A stretch of DNA of 64,000 nt, taken from Nannocystales bacterium (GTDB taxonomy: Bacteria; Myxococcota_A; Polyangia; Nannocystales; Nannocystaceae). A program made the position numbers and the translations under genes. The stretch lies in contig JBOEGF010000002.1 of NCBI GenBank assembly GCA_050633305.1, forward strand, positions 32,001 through 96,000. The letters run 5' to 3'. Below, one piece after another: positions 18,324 through 29,002 of this stretch. The notes beneath the pieces were generated by a model. The model had not been told where the DNA came from. It was given only the letters and a program-made list of their open reading frames with translations, and ran no database searches. Positions within the stretch are counted from its first letter, which is position 1, and every line of letters starts with the position of its first letter.

Positions 18324-21300
18324 ATGTCGCACATCATGGCGAACTGCACGAATTGCGGATATCAGTTGGACCCCAACGTACCGGTGACGGCGTGTCCCCG
18401 GTGTGGAACTTCGGTGGAGGGCAGCCCCGGCGCGCCCCCGGAGTTCGCGGCGGACGCGACCCCGGACAACACACTGTTCGGGCTCCCGGCGCAGTCCGAC
18501 GACGAGCTCGAAGAACCCAACTTCGGAGGACCCGCGAGTGGCCCCGCCGACAGCGGTTCCTTTGGGCCACCGGCGCTCGGCTCGGGGACATTCGGCGAGG
18601 TCAACCTCGAGAGTGCTGGAGACGCATCGCTGAAGCTGGACATCGGCGGGCCTCCTGCGGCCGGTGGCGGCCTCGACCTTCCCGCCCCAGCCCCGTCTCG
18701 CCCCGCTCCCCCCAAAGCTCCGGGTCCTCCATCCTTCGGAGGCCCTCCCCCGGCTCCGGCTCCGGCTTCGCCTTCGTTCGGCGGTCTCGATCTCCCCGCG
18801 CCTTCCCCATCCCGACCGCCTCCGCCGCCCAAGGCACCGCCGGGCGTCGCCGGCCTCGACCTCCCAGTCCCCTCCGCACCTCGACCGCCCGCTCCGCCCA
18901 AGGCTCCTCCGGGAGTCGCTGGGCTCGACCTCCCCTCACCGGTCGCGGCACGAACGGCCGCACCAAAAGCTCCACAGGGTTTTGCTGGCCTCGATCTCCC
19001 GGCGCCGTCCGGACAACGAGGCGCGCCGCTGCCCAAGGCCCCCGCAGCTCAGCATGCGGGCGTGCCGTCGCTCGACCTGCCAGCACCGGTCGGCCTCGAC
19101 CTCCCCGCTCCGGCGGGGGCTCGCGGGGCCCCTCAGCTGCGCTCAGACCTCGACCTCCCGCAATCCGCGGGGAGTGGAACCGAGCTGACCCCCATCGGGC
19201 TCGACCTGCCCGGGACCGACCGGCTCAATCACCTCGAGCCTGCCTCCGGCCTCGAGATGGAACCGGCGGGCAATCAGGTCGCGCCAGCGAATCTTGATCT
19301 CGAGCCTGCAGGCACCGGGCTGAGTCCAGCGGAGATGGGTCTGGAGTCCCACGAGGCAGGCGGGCTCGCTCCCAAGGAGGCCTCCCTCGGCCCCGCCGGC
19401 GGACTCGACACCGGACTCGGAGCGCGCCCCGGCTACGCGCAACCCAACGGCCCCACCCCCCGCGCCCTCGCCGACAGCGGCGGTTCGCGGAAGCTCATCT
19501 ATGGCGTCGCCGCGCTCGGCCTCGCGGTTGCACTCGTCGGCGGGCTCTACGTGGCGGGCGTCTTTGATGACGAAAGCCCAGACACCAGTGGTCAGCGCGG
19601 CGTCGCCAAGGCAAAGAAGCCCAAAGACGGCAAGGACAGCGCTGGCGAGGAGACCAAGCCTCCCGTTCAGGCCAAGGATCGCTCGGCTGACGTTCTCGCC
19701 CTGCTCGATCAAGACACACCCACGGGGTACATGCAGGCCGCCACGGCCGCTGAGAAAGACGGCGACGTCGTCGGCCAGGCCGAAGCCTTGCTGCTCATGC
19801 ACTTGCGCTACGGCCCCGACCTTGAGTCGGCCAAAACCGGGGCGGCAGCGCTCGAGCCGTTCGTCAAGAGCGAGGAATCATACGTCCAGCGGGTGGTGGG
19901 ACTGATCGCGATCATCAACGCGCAATACGAGCCGGCCGCCGCTGCCCTTGCAGGCGACGACCCGCGGCTGGCCGCCTACCGGGCCCTGATGAAGCTCGCC
20001 CAGGAGCAACCCGAAAAGGTCATCGCGGAGGCGAAAGCCGCGGGAAGCCTGGCCATGGGCAAGAACTTGGCGCTCGAAGCCAGGCTCCTGTCCAATCCCG
20101 ATGCCGCGTTCGGGGAGCTCAAGACCGCCGCCGCAGCGGCTCCCGACCATCCTGGACTCGGAAAACTGCTCGCAACCCACGCACTCGCACGCGGGGAGCT
20201 TCGGGTTGCGGACGAAGCCGTCTCGAAGCTGGTCGGCGACACCATGCCAGCTGGGTTCCGCGGCCAGCTCGCTGCCGTCCGGGGGCAGATCGCCGCAGCC
20301 CGAGGCGACACTCCCGGAGCGATGGCCAAGTTCGATGAGGCCCTCGAGGTCGCACCGACCGACGTGGCCGTTCTCGAAGCCAAGGTTCGAGCCGGTATCG
20401 AGGGCAAGCTCTTCGCCCCCGCGAACGAGGCCATGAACGCGCTGCTGAAGGCCAAGGCCGACTCGGTCGATGTGCTGCTCCTCAACATCGAGCTGGCCGT
20501 GGCTGCAGGCAAGGGTGACGAAGCTTTGGCAAGCCTGGAGACCCTGGCCAAGGCCGCTCCAGAGCGAGTCGAGGTGCCGTTCTTCCGCGGTGAAGTCCAA
20601 GCGATGCGACTTCAGGTGGACGAAGCCAAGGCAGAGTTCGCGAAGGTCGTCGAAAAGGACCCCGCGTTCCATCGAGTTGCGCTGGCCCAAGCCGCGATGC
20701 TCGACGCGGCCCGGATGAAGGTCGAGGCGGTCGCTGCCCTCGATGCCGGAGTCGCCCGCCTCAAGGAAGGCAAGGGCGAGCCTCGCAAGCTCGCCGAACT
20801 CCTCACCGCAAAGGCGCGCTACCAAATCGACCAAGGACAAACCACAGCAGCGCTGGTCGCCTTGGACCGCGCCCTCGAGGCCGCACCGACCGACAATGAC
20901 GCCCAGGTCCTCCGCGGGAACACGCGGATGTCCACCGGAGACGCCGCGGGCGGAAAGACCGATTTCTTGGCGGTCTACGAGCGAACCGGCACCTACCCAG
21001 GCCTGGTGGCGCCGCTCGGCCGACTGTTTGTCGCCTCCGGAGAGCTCAAGAAGCTCGAAGCGCTCGTCGGCGACCGCGCCAACGAGCCGACGGCCAGCGG
21101 AGAGATCAAGATCGTCGCAGCCCGGCTCCGACTCAGCCAAGGTCGACCCGAAGACGCCAAACGTCTTCTGACCGATGTGATCTCCGCGGACGCCAACGAC
21201 TGGGAGGGCTCCATGCTCATGGCCCAGGCCGTACTCGATCTCGGCGACCCACAAGAGGCGCTCTCTCGCATCGAGGCGGTTCGAACGCCCGAGCCTGTCG

Positions 21301-21866
21301 CGGAGGTCTTCGTACTCAAGGGCAAGATCCTCGAGCACAACGACAAACACAGTGATGCCCGCGTCGAGTACCAGCGCGCCTCTGCACTCGACCCCGAGCA
21401 CCTCGAGGCCCGGTTCCTTCACGGTCGGTTGCTCGCCTACGCTGGCCAGGCCAAACAGGCGCTGGCCGAACTCGAGTTCGTCACCACCAAGACCGACGCA
21501 TTCCCAGCCGCGTACCTCAACATCGGCCGGGCCCGGCGCGACCTGGACAAGAACGACGAAGCCCTCACCGCGTTCGCCAAGACCCTGGAGCTCGACGCCA
21601 CGCTCCTGGAGGCGCAGTTCCTCTCCGGGCGCATCTACCTCGAACGCAACCGCCTCGGCCCCGCCGTTGCCGCGTTCGAATCTGCCACCGCAGAGTCAGC
21701 CAAGGACGAGCCGTGGTACCCGGAGGCCTGGCTGTTCCTTGGCAGGGCCCAGGACAAGTCCGGCAAGCGCAAAGCCGCCAAGACCTCATTCCAGAAGTTC
21801 CTGGAGCTCGCGCCCAAGAACCACAGCAGTCGGGCGACCGTGAAGCGCACCCTCGAGAAGCTCTAG
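18324..21866 (+). CDS. Zn-ribbon / Pro-rich / single-TM / TPR protein
   Basis: CTNC..CPRC at N-terminus, repeated LDLP motifs, TM LIYGVAALGLAVALVGGLYVAGV, long TPR array. Confidence 0.88.
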   Translation: MSHIMANCTNCGYQLDPNVPVTACPRCGTSVEGSPGAPPEFAADATPDNTLFGLPAQSDDELEEPNFGGPASGPADSGSFGPPALGSGTFGEVNLESAGDASLKLDIGGPPAAGGGLDLPAPAPSRPAPPKAPGPPSFGGPPPAPAPASPSFGGLDLPAPSPSRPPPPPKAPPGVAGLDLPVPSAPRPPAPPKAPPGVAGLDLPSPVAARTAAPKAPQGFAGLDLPAPSGQRGAPLPKAPAAQHAGVPSLDLPAPVGLDLPAPAGARGAPQLRSDLDLPQSAGSGTELTPIGLDLPGTDRLNHLEPASGLEMEPAGNQVAPANLDLEPAGTGLSPAEMGLESHEAGGLAPKEASLGPAGGLDTGLGARPGYAQPNGPTPRALADSGGSRKLIYGVAALGLAVALVGGLYVAGVFDDESPDTSGQRGVAKAKKPKDGKDSAGEETKPPVQAKDRSADVLALLDQDTPTGYMQAATAAEKDGDVVGQAEALLLMHLRYGPDLESAKTGAAALEPFVKSEESYVQRVVGLIAIINAQYEPAAAALAGDDPRLAAYRALMKLAQEQPEKVIAEAKAAGSLAMGKNLALEARLLSNPDAAFGELKTAAAAAPDHPGLGKLLATHALARGELRVADEAVSKLVGDTMPAGFRGQLAAVRGQIAAARGDTPGAMAKFDEALEVAPTDVAVLEAKVRAGIEGKLFAPANEAMNALLKAKADSVDVLLLNIELAVAAGKGDEALASLETLAKAAPERVEVPFFRGEVQAMRLQVDEAKAEFAKVVEKDPAFHRVALAQAAMLDAARMKVEAVAALDAGVARLKEGKGEPRKLAELLTAKARYQIDQGQTTAALVALDRALEAAPTDNDAQVLRGNTRMSTGDAAGGKTDFLAVYERTGTYPGLVAPLGRLFVASGELKKLEALVGDRANEPTASGEIKIVAARLRLSQGRPEDAKRLLTDVISADANDWEGSMLMAQAVLDLGDPQEALSRIEAVRTPEPVAEVFVLKGKILEHNDKHSDARVEYQRASALDPEHLEARFLHGRLLAYAGQAKQALAELEFVTTKTDAFPAAYLNIGRARRDLDKNDEALTAFAKTLELDATLLEAQFLSGRIYLERNRLGPAVAAFESATAESAKDEPWYPEAWLFLGRAQDKSGKRKAAKTSFQKFLELAPKNHSSRATVKRTLEKL

Positions 21867-21869
21867 CAT

Positions 21870-22360
21870 GTAGGAACGGTTGTTCCGAGCTCGTCGGGAA
21901 CGCGGACGGGGGTGTCGGTACGAACCAAGTCGAAACCGTCGCGGGCGGCACCTGTGAGCAGCCCGGCGACCCCCAATGCTGCGCTGCATCCACCGCTCCG
22001 GGGTGCAGCGAGCCCTCGATCGAAAGCCTGGTCTGCGCTGCCGATCCCTTCTGTTGCAACAACAGCTGGGACGCCCTGTGTGTCAACCAAGTCGAGACGG
22101 TCGCGGGCAGCACGTGCGAGCGCCAAACCGATATTGGGGTTCACAACCTCTGCTCGACGTTGCTTGAGGCCGAGCCAGCAGACTCCGGTGTCGAGGAGAA
22201 CGAAATCCTCGACCGATGTGGCGAAGGCAACGGCGAGAGCCTCCCTCCGATCCCATTTGGCGCCCACTACCCGCAGGACACCGGCTCCTACATCATCTCT
22301 GACACCCCCTTCGCTCTGGAATTCTGCGAGCTCCCGTTCCCTCCCCCCTTTGGTGGTTGA
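21870..22360 (+). pseudogene. 5'-truncated Cys-rich repeat protein remnant
   Basis: Duplicated NQVETVAG(G/S)TCE and VCAADPFCCNNSWDALC; no credible start after the TPR gene. Confidence 0.6.
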
Positions 22361-22435
22361 ACCCACCTGAACCTACCCCCCGCTGCGCCGGTTTTTGGCG
22401 GTCGCCTGTGGACTGTGCGCAGGGTGTTCGTGGCT

Positions 22436-23401
22436 ATGCAGGTCGCACAGCAACCCCTCGCTCGAATCACGCAAGCTTTTGCGGCGACGACAGATGTCGC
22501 GACGCGAGGGAGCAGCTTCGATCCAAGCTCCGCTTTGTTCCACAGCAAGCAGTACCGGATCGTGGATCAACTTGGCGAAGGAGGCATGGGCACCGTCTAC
22601 CGGGCCTTTGATCCCATGCTCGAGCGTAACGTGGCGATCAAGGTGCTCAAGCCGGGCCTGCCCGCCGCACTCCGTCGTCGCTTCCTCGCCGAAGCCCGTC
22701 ACGGCGCCCGCCTTGCCCACCCACACCTCACGCGGGTGTACGACCTAGGAATCGAACTCGACACCGGCCTTGATTGGTTCGCGATGGAGTTCCTCCAAGG
22801 CCGTGATCTCGAGACGCTTCTTCAGCGCGCCCGAGTCAAACGACTCCGACTTCCCACCACCTTGGTCGGGATCGTCTTCAACCATGTGCTCGATGCTTTG
22901 CAACACGCGCACGACGCTGGGCTCGTCCACCGTGACATGAAGCCCGCCAACATCTTCGTCTCCCGACGCCCCGGTCACGACATCGTCTCCGCCAAGCTGC
23001 TCGACTTCGGTGTTGCGCTCGACCGACGTCGAGACCGCGACAATACAGACATCTGCGGCGACCCTCGCTACGTCGCCCCCGAACAGATCCTTGGCGAGTC
23101 CAACATCGACCATCGTGCCGACGTCTACGCCGCGGGCATCAGCCTGTTTGAGGCGCTCGCCGGCTGGCATCCGATGGAGTCGGTGATCGGTCAAGGAACG
23201 CAGGCGCTCATTCAAGCCCACTGCGAAGGCGAGCTGCCGCCGCTGTCCAGTGCGCTACCGCGGCATTGGTCCGCCACCATGCGCGCACAACTCGAAGACG
23301 TCATTCGCATCGCGTGTGCCAAGGAACCCACGCACCGGTTCGCCACCGCCTCCGCCATGCGAAAGGCCCTCGAGCACGCCCTACAGCCCGAGACGTGCTG
23401 A
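22436..23401 (+). CDS. Hanks-type Ser/Thr protein kinase (kinase domain only)
   Basis: GEGGMG, VAIK, HRDMKPAN, DFG, GDPRYVAPE. Confidence 0.92.
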   Translation: MQVAQQPLARITQAFAATTDVATRGSSFDPSSALFHSKQYRIVDQLGEGGMGTVYRAFDPMLERNVAIKVLKPGLPAALRRRFLAEARHGARLAHPHLTRVYDLGIELDTGLDWFAMEFLQGRDLETLLQRARVKRLRLPTTLVGIVFNHVLDALQHAHDAGLVHRDMKPANIFVSRRPGHDIVSAKLLDFGVALDRRRDRDNTDICGDPRYVAPEQILGESNIDHRADVYAAGISLFEALAGWHPMESVIGQGTQALIQAHCEGELPPLSSALPRHWSATMRAQLEDVIRIACAKEPTHRFATASAMRKALEHALQPETC

Positions 23402-23616
23402 GAGCGGCACGAAGCGTTCTCCCCGGGACCGGAAGTTCCGCGGCAAGCCGGCTCATCCGCGGGTGGAAACGAGACGCCGAGCGCGGGCTCCAAGCGGCCC
23501 AAGACTGCGCGGTGTATGTGCCGCACCGCTGAGAAGCGCGGCGCCTCCGCAGGTGTCACTCTTCGGCACACGCGTACCCGACACATTTGCATTGAGCCGT
23601 TCCCCGCGGGATCCTC

Positions 23617-26349
23617 ATGGCGTTGATGCGAGACGAGAGTCGGCCGGACCCGCTGGCGACCGAGGACACGGTTGTTGCAACCCCGGGTTCGCTCGGTTCG
23701 GTGACCCTCCCCGAGCCCGGTGACGCCTTCGGTCGCTATCGTCTCGAACGGCATCTGGGCACCGGGGGCATGGGCGTTGTCTTTGCCGCACACGACCCCA
23801 CGCTCGACCGCGTTGTTGCGCTAAAGCTGCTCAAGCACGGCGCGGATGCGGGGACAGGCCGGCTCAAACGCGAGGCCCAGGCGTTGGCGCAGCTTCAGCA
23901 CCCCAACGTCATTGCCGTGTTCGAAGTGGGGGAGGCCGACGGCATCCACTTCATCGCGATGGAGTATGTCTCGGGGCGGACGCTGAAACGCTGGCTGCTC
24001 GACTCCACCCGATCGGTCACCGAAGTCCTGGATGTCTTCGTCCAGGCTGGCCGAGGACTACAAGCCGCACACGATGCGGGGCTCGTGCACCGGGACTTCA
24101 AGCCCAGTAACGTCTTGGTGGGCGACGACGGCCGGGTTTGCGTGGTCGACTTCGGAATTGCCACCGCTCACTCCCTCGGCTTCACCCTCGACCCTGGCTT
24201 GCTCACCCAAGACCTTCCGGTCGACGCTGGCGAAGACCTCACCGGGACCGGGATGGTCCTGGGCACGCCCGCATACATGGCTCCCGAGCAGCATGTCGAC
24301 GGAGAGATCGACGCACGCTCGGATCAGTTTTCGTTCTGTGCCTCGCTGTACGAGGCGCTCTACGGAGTCCGACCGTTCGAGGGGACGAACGACCGAAACA
24401 TCGCTGTCGCGAAGCGGCGCATGAACCTCACCGCACCCGAGGAAGAACGCACAGTTCCCACCCGGGTGCGGCGGGCCACACTACGAGGCCTGCAACCATC
24501 GCCGTCCGAACGATGGCCATCCATGATCCCCTTGATCCGCGCGCTCGAGAGGGCGTCGAGGCCTCGGCGTCGGCCGGTCTTGTGGGCCGCGGGTATCGCT
24601 GCCGTGCTCGGTGCTGGCGTCGTCGCTGCCGAGCGCGACCAGGGGCACGGCTGCCGCCCCGGGGCAGAGCGTGCCGCCGAAGTCTGGTCCGATGCGCGCG
24701 CGGCATCCGTGCAGCGTCGATTCGAAGAGCTCAAGGGCCCGCTGGGCGTGGATGCGGCGCGAGGCGTGGACGCGTGGCTGCGTCCACACCTCGAAGTGTG
24801 GTCGGAGCAGCACGACGAGGTCTGCCGAGCTCGCGCGGCGGGGGAGATCGATGACGACGGTCTTGACCTCCGCATGCACTGCGTACAAGCCCGATTGGCT
24901 GAGACCTCGGCCATCGTAGACGTCCTGCTCGATGCGGACGCCGACGTCGTGACCAAGTCGACGCAAGCTGCCGCGTCCCTGCTCTCGCCGAGCATCTGCT
25001 CCGACGTCGACGCGCTTCGCGTGCAGTCCGCTCCCCCGCCCCCGGTTTCATTGGCCGCCGAGGTCGAACGCATTCGTGAGTTGTTGGCCATCGCTCGGGC
25101 ACAGGAGACCGCCGGCCGCTGGTCGCTCGGATACGAGACCGCAAAGAAAGCAGAGGCCGCGGCCGAGGGCGTGCCCTATCGTCCCACCCAACTCGAGGCG
25201 GCGCTCGTCTCCGGTGTTCTCGCCACGCGACTCGGCGAACTCGAGGCCGCAAAGACCAAGCTCACCGAGACCGCCCACGACGCGGCTGCGGAAGGCCTCG
25301 ACCACTTCGCAGCCCTCGCCGCTGGCCAGCTGGTGTTCGTACAGGGTTATCAGCTCGCCGACCGCGAAGCGGGCCTGCAGTGGGGCCGTCATGCGGACGC
25401 TGCCGCACAACGGGCCCGGCTTCAAGGACGCCGACTCGCACGAATTCGGAGCAACATCGCATCCGTCTACTTCGGCATGGGCGACTACGAGACTGCCGCG
25501 ACGCACTATCGCGAGACGATCGCGTTGCTGGAACAATCCGTCGCGCCCGACCACCCCGACATCGCCAACCTGCTCAACAACCTCGGTGGCGCGCTGGTCA
25601 ACCTCGGTCGTTTCGACGAAGCCGAGACAGCGCTCGACCGGGCGCGACGGGTCTGGAGCACGCAGCTGGGGGAGCGCCACCCGTTGGTCGCGGTCGCGCT
25701 GACGAGCCAGAGCGCCCTGTACGAACGGCGCCGGGAGTACGACAAGGCATTGGAGGTCTCTGCGATCGCACTGTCGATCCGACGCGATGAGCTTGGCGCT
25801 GAGCACCCGTCGGTCGCGACCACCTTGGACAACCAAGCCTCGCTGCAGCTGTACACCGGGCAACTCAAAGAGGCCGAGGCTGCCGCACGGCAAGCCCTCG
25901 CGCTACGCCGCAAGACGTTCCCCGAGTCGCACCCGCACATCGCCAGCTCGCTCACCAACCTCGGCATGATTCTCGAGAAGCAAGAACGCTTCGAGGACGC
26001 CGCCACCGTGTCTCGCCAAGCTGCCGAGATGTGGGATGCCACGCTTGGCCCCGAGCATCTCCACAGCGCCTACCCCCGGACCGCACTGGGGATCGCCCTG
26101 CTTGGCCTCGGCGAACCCGAGCGCGCCCTAGAGCCGTTGCGTGTCTCCGTCACGCTGCGCCGCGACGCAAAACGAGAGCCCCACCTCCTGGCCCGCTCCG
26201 CATTCGCCCTTGGCCGCGCCCTCGCGGCCACACAAAAGCAACTCGAGGCATGCGAACTCTATGACGAGGCGCTGAAGCTCTACGAGGACGAAGGGTTGGA
26301 CGAGGACGCGGCGACCGTCCGGGCGGCCCGCAAGTCAGCGTGCCAATAG
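23617..26349 (+). CDS. Ser/Thr kinase with TM and TPR repeats
   Basis: GTGGMG, HRDFKPSN, GTPAYMAPE; HPxxA..L.NLG repeats. Confidence 0.95.
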   Translation: MALMRDESRPDPLATEDTVVATPGSLGSVTLPEPGDAFGRYRLERHLGTGGMGVVFAAHDPTLDRVVALKLLKHGADAGTGRLKREAQALAQLQHPNVIAVFEVGEADGIHFIAMEYVSGRTLKRWLLDSTRSVTEVLDVFVQAGRGLQAAHDAGLVHRDFKPSNVLVGDDGRVCVVDFGIATAHSLGFTLDPGLLTQDLPVDAGEDLTGTGMVLGTPAYMAPEQHVDGEIDARSDQFSFCASLYEALYGVRPFEGTNDRNIAVAKRRMNLTAPEEERTVPTRVRRATLRGLQPSPSERWPSMIPLIRALERASRPRRRPVLWAAGIAAVLGAGVVAAERDQGHGCRPGAERAAEVWSDARAASVQRRFEELKGPLGVDAARGVDAWLRPHLEVWSEQHDEVCRARAAGEIDDDGLDLRMHCVQARLAETSAIVDVLLDADADVVTKSTQAAASLLSPSICSDVDALRVQSAPPPPVSLAAEVERIRELLAIARAQETAGRWSLGYETAKKAEAAAEGVPYRPTQLEAALVSGVLATRLGELEAAKTKLTETAHDAAAEGLDHFAALAAGQLVFVQGYQLADREAGLQWGRHADAAAQRARLQGRRLARIRSNIASVYFGMGDYETAATHYRETIALLEQSVAPDHPDIANLLNNLGGALVNLGRFDEAETALDRARRVWSTQLGERHPLVAVALTSQSALYERRREYDKALEVSAIALSIRRDELGAEHPSVATTLDNQASLQLYTGQLKEAEAAARQALALRRKTFPESHPHIASSLTNLGMILEKQERFEDAATVSRQAAEMWDATLGPEHLHSAYPRTALGIALLGLGEPERALEPLRVSVTLRRDAKREPHLLARSAFALGRALAATQKQLEACELYDEALKLYEDEGLDEDAATVRAARKSACQ

Positions 26350-26359
26350 CCGGGCGCAC

Positions 26360-27877
26360 TCACGCCCCGCCATGAACGCCTGGACGCGACCGCTCGCCCC
26401 CGCGACTCGTACTGCCCGTGGAAGAGGCGGCTTGGGACACCCACCGTAGTGTTCGGCGTCTTGGCACGACAAGGGCGAGGGACAGCGCGGCGAACCCCGC
26501 GCTAAGGCTGTGCAGCGACATCGCGTGCTCGGGCATCCAGAGCGCCAGCAACGTGCCGACGCCCGCGATCACGCCGGGTAGCCGCAAGATCGGGTGGATG
26601 AACCGAGATGCGAAGAACGACAGTGTCGCGAACGTGACGAGGTTGACCAGCGCGGTGTCTTGCGGCGCTCGGTTCGCGAGCCAACCGGTCACGGAGTGCG
26701 CCGCGAACGTCGTCGCCAGCCCCAACCCGTAGGCGGTCAGCGCACGGCCCAAGCGACTGTTGCTCCAATATGAACGCGTAAGGCGAGAGACCACGACGAA
26801 CGCACTCGTCGCCGAAACATCGACCAGCGCGTGATGCAGAGGGGTGTGTGCGACCCACCCGACGGAAAACGCGAACCCGAATGCACCGGGGATCGTCACG
26901 AGGACGACCCCGACCGCGGCGATGGCGAGCCTGCGCCTACGGGCCTCGTCTGGGTCATCCAGCTCGGGATCGTGGGAGGCCTGAAGGTCTTCGAGAACCT
27001 CGGCGAGCTCACCGATCGAGGCCCAGCGAGTCTGAGGCTCGAGCCGAAGCCCGCGATGGACGACCGCGAGGATCTCGTTGGGGACGGCGGACTGGTCGGG
27101 CTCTTGAACCTCTCCCGAAAGGACGGATGTCGCGCGTGCGGTGAGCGTCGTTCCGGAGAACGGGGACTGGCCGTAGAGCCCTTCGAACAGGGCCACACAG
27201 AGCGAGAATTGATCGCTCGCGGGCGTGAGTGCGACCCGGCGAAACTGCTCAGGAGACATGTACCGAGGCGTCCCCGCCAACGCTCCCGTCCGGGTGAGTT
27301 TGAGGTCGACAAGGGCGGCGGGGTTCGCCAGCGACTCCTCGTCTTCGTGGAGCCCCTTTGCGAGACCGAAGTCGATCAGTCGAGGCCGCTGGTTTGCATC
27401 GATCAGGATGTTCTCGGGCTTGATGTCTCGGTGAACAATGCCCAACGCGTGCATGGCCTCGAGGCCCCGTGCGACTTCCGCAAACACCCGGACAACGTCG
27501 CTCCACGAACGCGGGCGCTGCACGAGCCAGTCAGCCAAAGTCTCTCCCTTGACGAACTCCATCGCCACGTAGACCTGCCCTTGATGCCGACCTACATCGT
27601 AGACGGCGACGACACCAGGATGCGAGAGCTTCGCCAAGGCTTGCGCCTCACGAAGCAAGCGAGTGCTGGCGGTCTGCGACGCCGTCCGTTCTTCGTGCAG
27701 GACCTTCACCGCAACGCGGCGGTCGAGCTCTCGGTCGTAGGCCTCGAAGACCTGGCCCATCCCTCCCTCGCCGAGGTGGCCGAGCACCGAGAACCGCCCG
27801 ATCGTCCCCCCTGGGGCCACAGACACAGCCGGGCTGGCCTTGCCTTGCGGGGGGTCGGCGACGGTTTCGCGATTCAC
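26360..27877 (-). CDS. Ser/Thr kinase with multi-pass C-terminal membrane domain
   Basis: GEGGMG, HRDIKPEN, DFG, GTPRYMSPE; several hydrophobic helices; start uncertain. Confidence 0.9.
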   Translation of the reverse strand: MNRETVADPPQGKASPAVSVAPGGTIGRFSVLGHLGEGGMGQVFEAYDRELDRRVAVKVLHEERTASQTASTRLLREAQALAKLSHPGVVAVYDVGRHQGQVYVAMEFVKGETLADWLVQRPRSWSDVVRVFAEVARGLEAMHALGIVHRDIKPENILIDANQRPRLIDFGLAKGLHEDEESLANPAALVDLKLTRTGALAGTPRYMSPEQFRRVALTPASDQFSLCVALFEGLYGQSPFSGTTLTARATSVLSGEVQEPDQSAVPNEILAVVHRGLRLEPQTRWASIGELAEVLEDLQASHDPELDDPDEARRRRLAIAAVGVVLVTIPGAFGFAFSVGWVAHTPLHHALVDVSATSAFVVVSRLTRSYWSNSRLGRALTAYGLGLATTFAAHSVTGWLANRAPQDTALVNLVTFATLSFFASRFIHPILRLPGVIAGVGTLLALWMPEHAMSLHSLSAGFAALSLALVVPRRRTLRWVSQAASSTGSTSRGGERSRPGVHGGA

Positions 27878-28025
27878 GAGGTGCCACCCTACGCCGGCCG
27901 TCCGTGGCACGGCAACACGAATACCGGCCCGGACCTCAGGAGTGCCCACAACCACAACGAGGAGTGGACCCATCAGGGGGCGTGCCTGGCCCGCGGTGTT
28001 GCGGGCCGGGCTTCCCCGATGCGGC

Positions 28026-28868
28026 TCAGGTCCTGGGTGGGAAGGCGAAGCGCGTCTGCAGAAGTGAGACAGACGTCGTTGCGCGGTCGCGAAGAGCTCT
28101 CGCCGTTCGCATGTCCTCGGAGCCGTAGAAGCGCTTGAAAGACTCCAGGCTCGGCCATTCCGAGAGCGCGAAGCGGCCCGCGGTGGTCGGAAGCGCGGTG
28201 TTGTCACAGGCATCCACCACCGATTCGGTTTGCCCAGCAGACATCGGGACGGGCGTGAGCGACACCAACGAATGCTTGCCGGCCTGACTTGCAAGGCTCT
28301 CGATCTTCGTCGCGTACTCCCGGATCAAAGCGTCACCACCGGGCGCAAGCTCAGCAGACCACGTTTGGTACACGCGCGCGTCTGAGACGCTCACAGTGGT
28401 GTTCTGGTCGACCGTGTAGAAGTTGCCTGAGCGAATGAAGCTCAGCGCGTCGTCTCGGATGGGTACGACCGCCTGAAACTCAGGGTCGGCGTGAAGGTCG
28501 AGCCACGACTGGACACTGTCCCATTCGAAGAATGCAACCAACTGCGGCTGAGCCGTTCCCTCGACCACCTCCACGACCTGAAAAGACCCCAGCGACTTGC
28601 CTCCATGCTTGGCCGCGAGCGGCATCGCCTTGGGAAAGTACTCCTCGAACAGCTGGGACTCCTTGCCGGGCTTGACGGCCGCATAGGCGACCTCGATCAC
28701 GGTGCCGGCCTTGAACGTGATCTCTTGGGTCCGCTCCTCGGATGCTCCCTGGGGCGAGGCCGCGGGTAGGGCGACGGCTTGGGGTTGCGGTGGGGGCTCA
28801 CTGCTCTGGGTTGCGTCGCAACCGGTCCAAAGCATGGCAGTGCTCAACACGAGGGTTCTGATCGTCAT
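28026..28868 (-). CDS. Lipoprotein with tandem DUF1330-like alpha/beta barrel domains
   Basis: MTIRTLVLSTAMLWTGC; two repeats ending FEWDSVQ..DPEFQAVVPIRDDA and SEWPSLESF..RALRDRA. Confidence 0.75.
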   Translation of the reverse strand: MTIRTLVLSTAMLWTGCDATQSSEPPPQPQAVALPAASPQGASEERTQEITFKAGTVIEVAYAAVKPGKESQLFEEYFPKAMPLAAKHGGKSLGSFQVVEVVEGTAQPQLVAFFEWDSVQSWLDLHADPEFQAVVPIRDDALSFIRSGNFYTVDQNTTVSVSDARVYQTWSAELAPGGDALIREYATKIESLASQAGKHSLVSLTPVPMSAGQTESVVDACDNTALPTTAGRFALSEWPSLESFKRFYGSEDMRTARALRDRATTSVSLLQTRFAFPPRT

Positions 28869-29002
28869 CGTGGTCCGTGGGCGGGCCTTCGCCGCCTGCG
28901 GTCACCATGGCGCCGTACGGCCCCGCGTTCGATGGGCATCTGTGCGGACGCGGTGTGCACGAATCCCTACGGTCGATCCCCGTCCGGTCTGCCGCATCCT
29001 GC

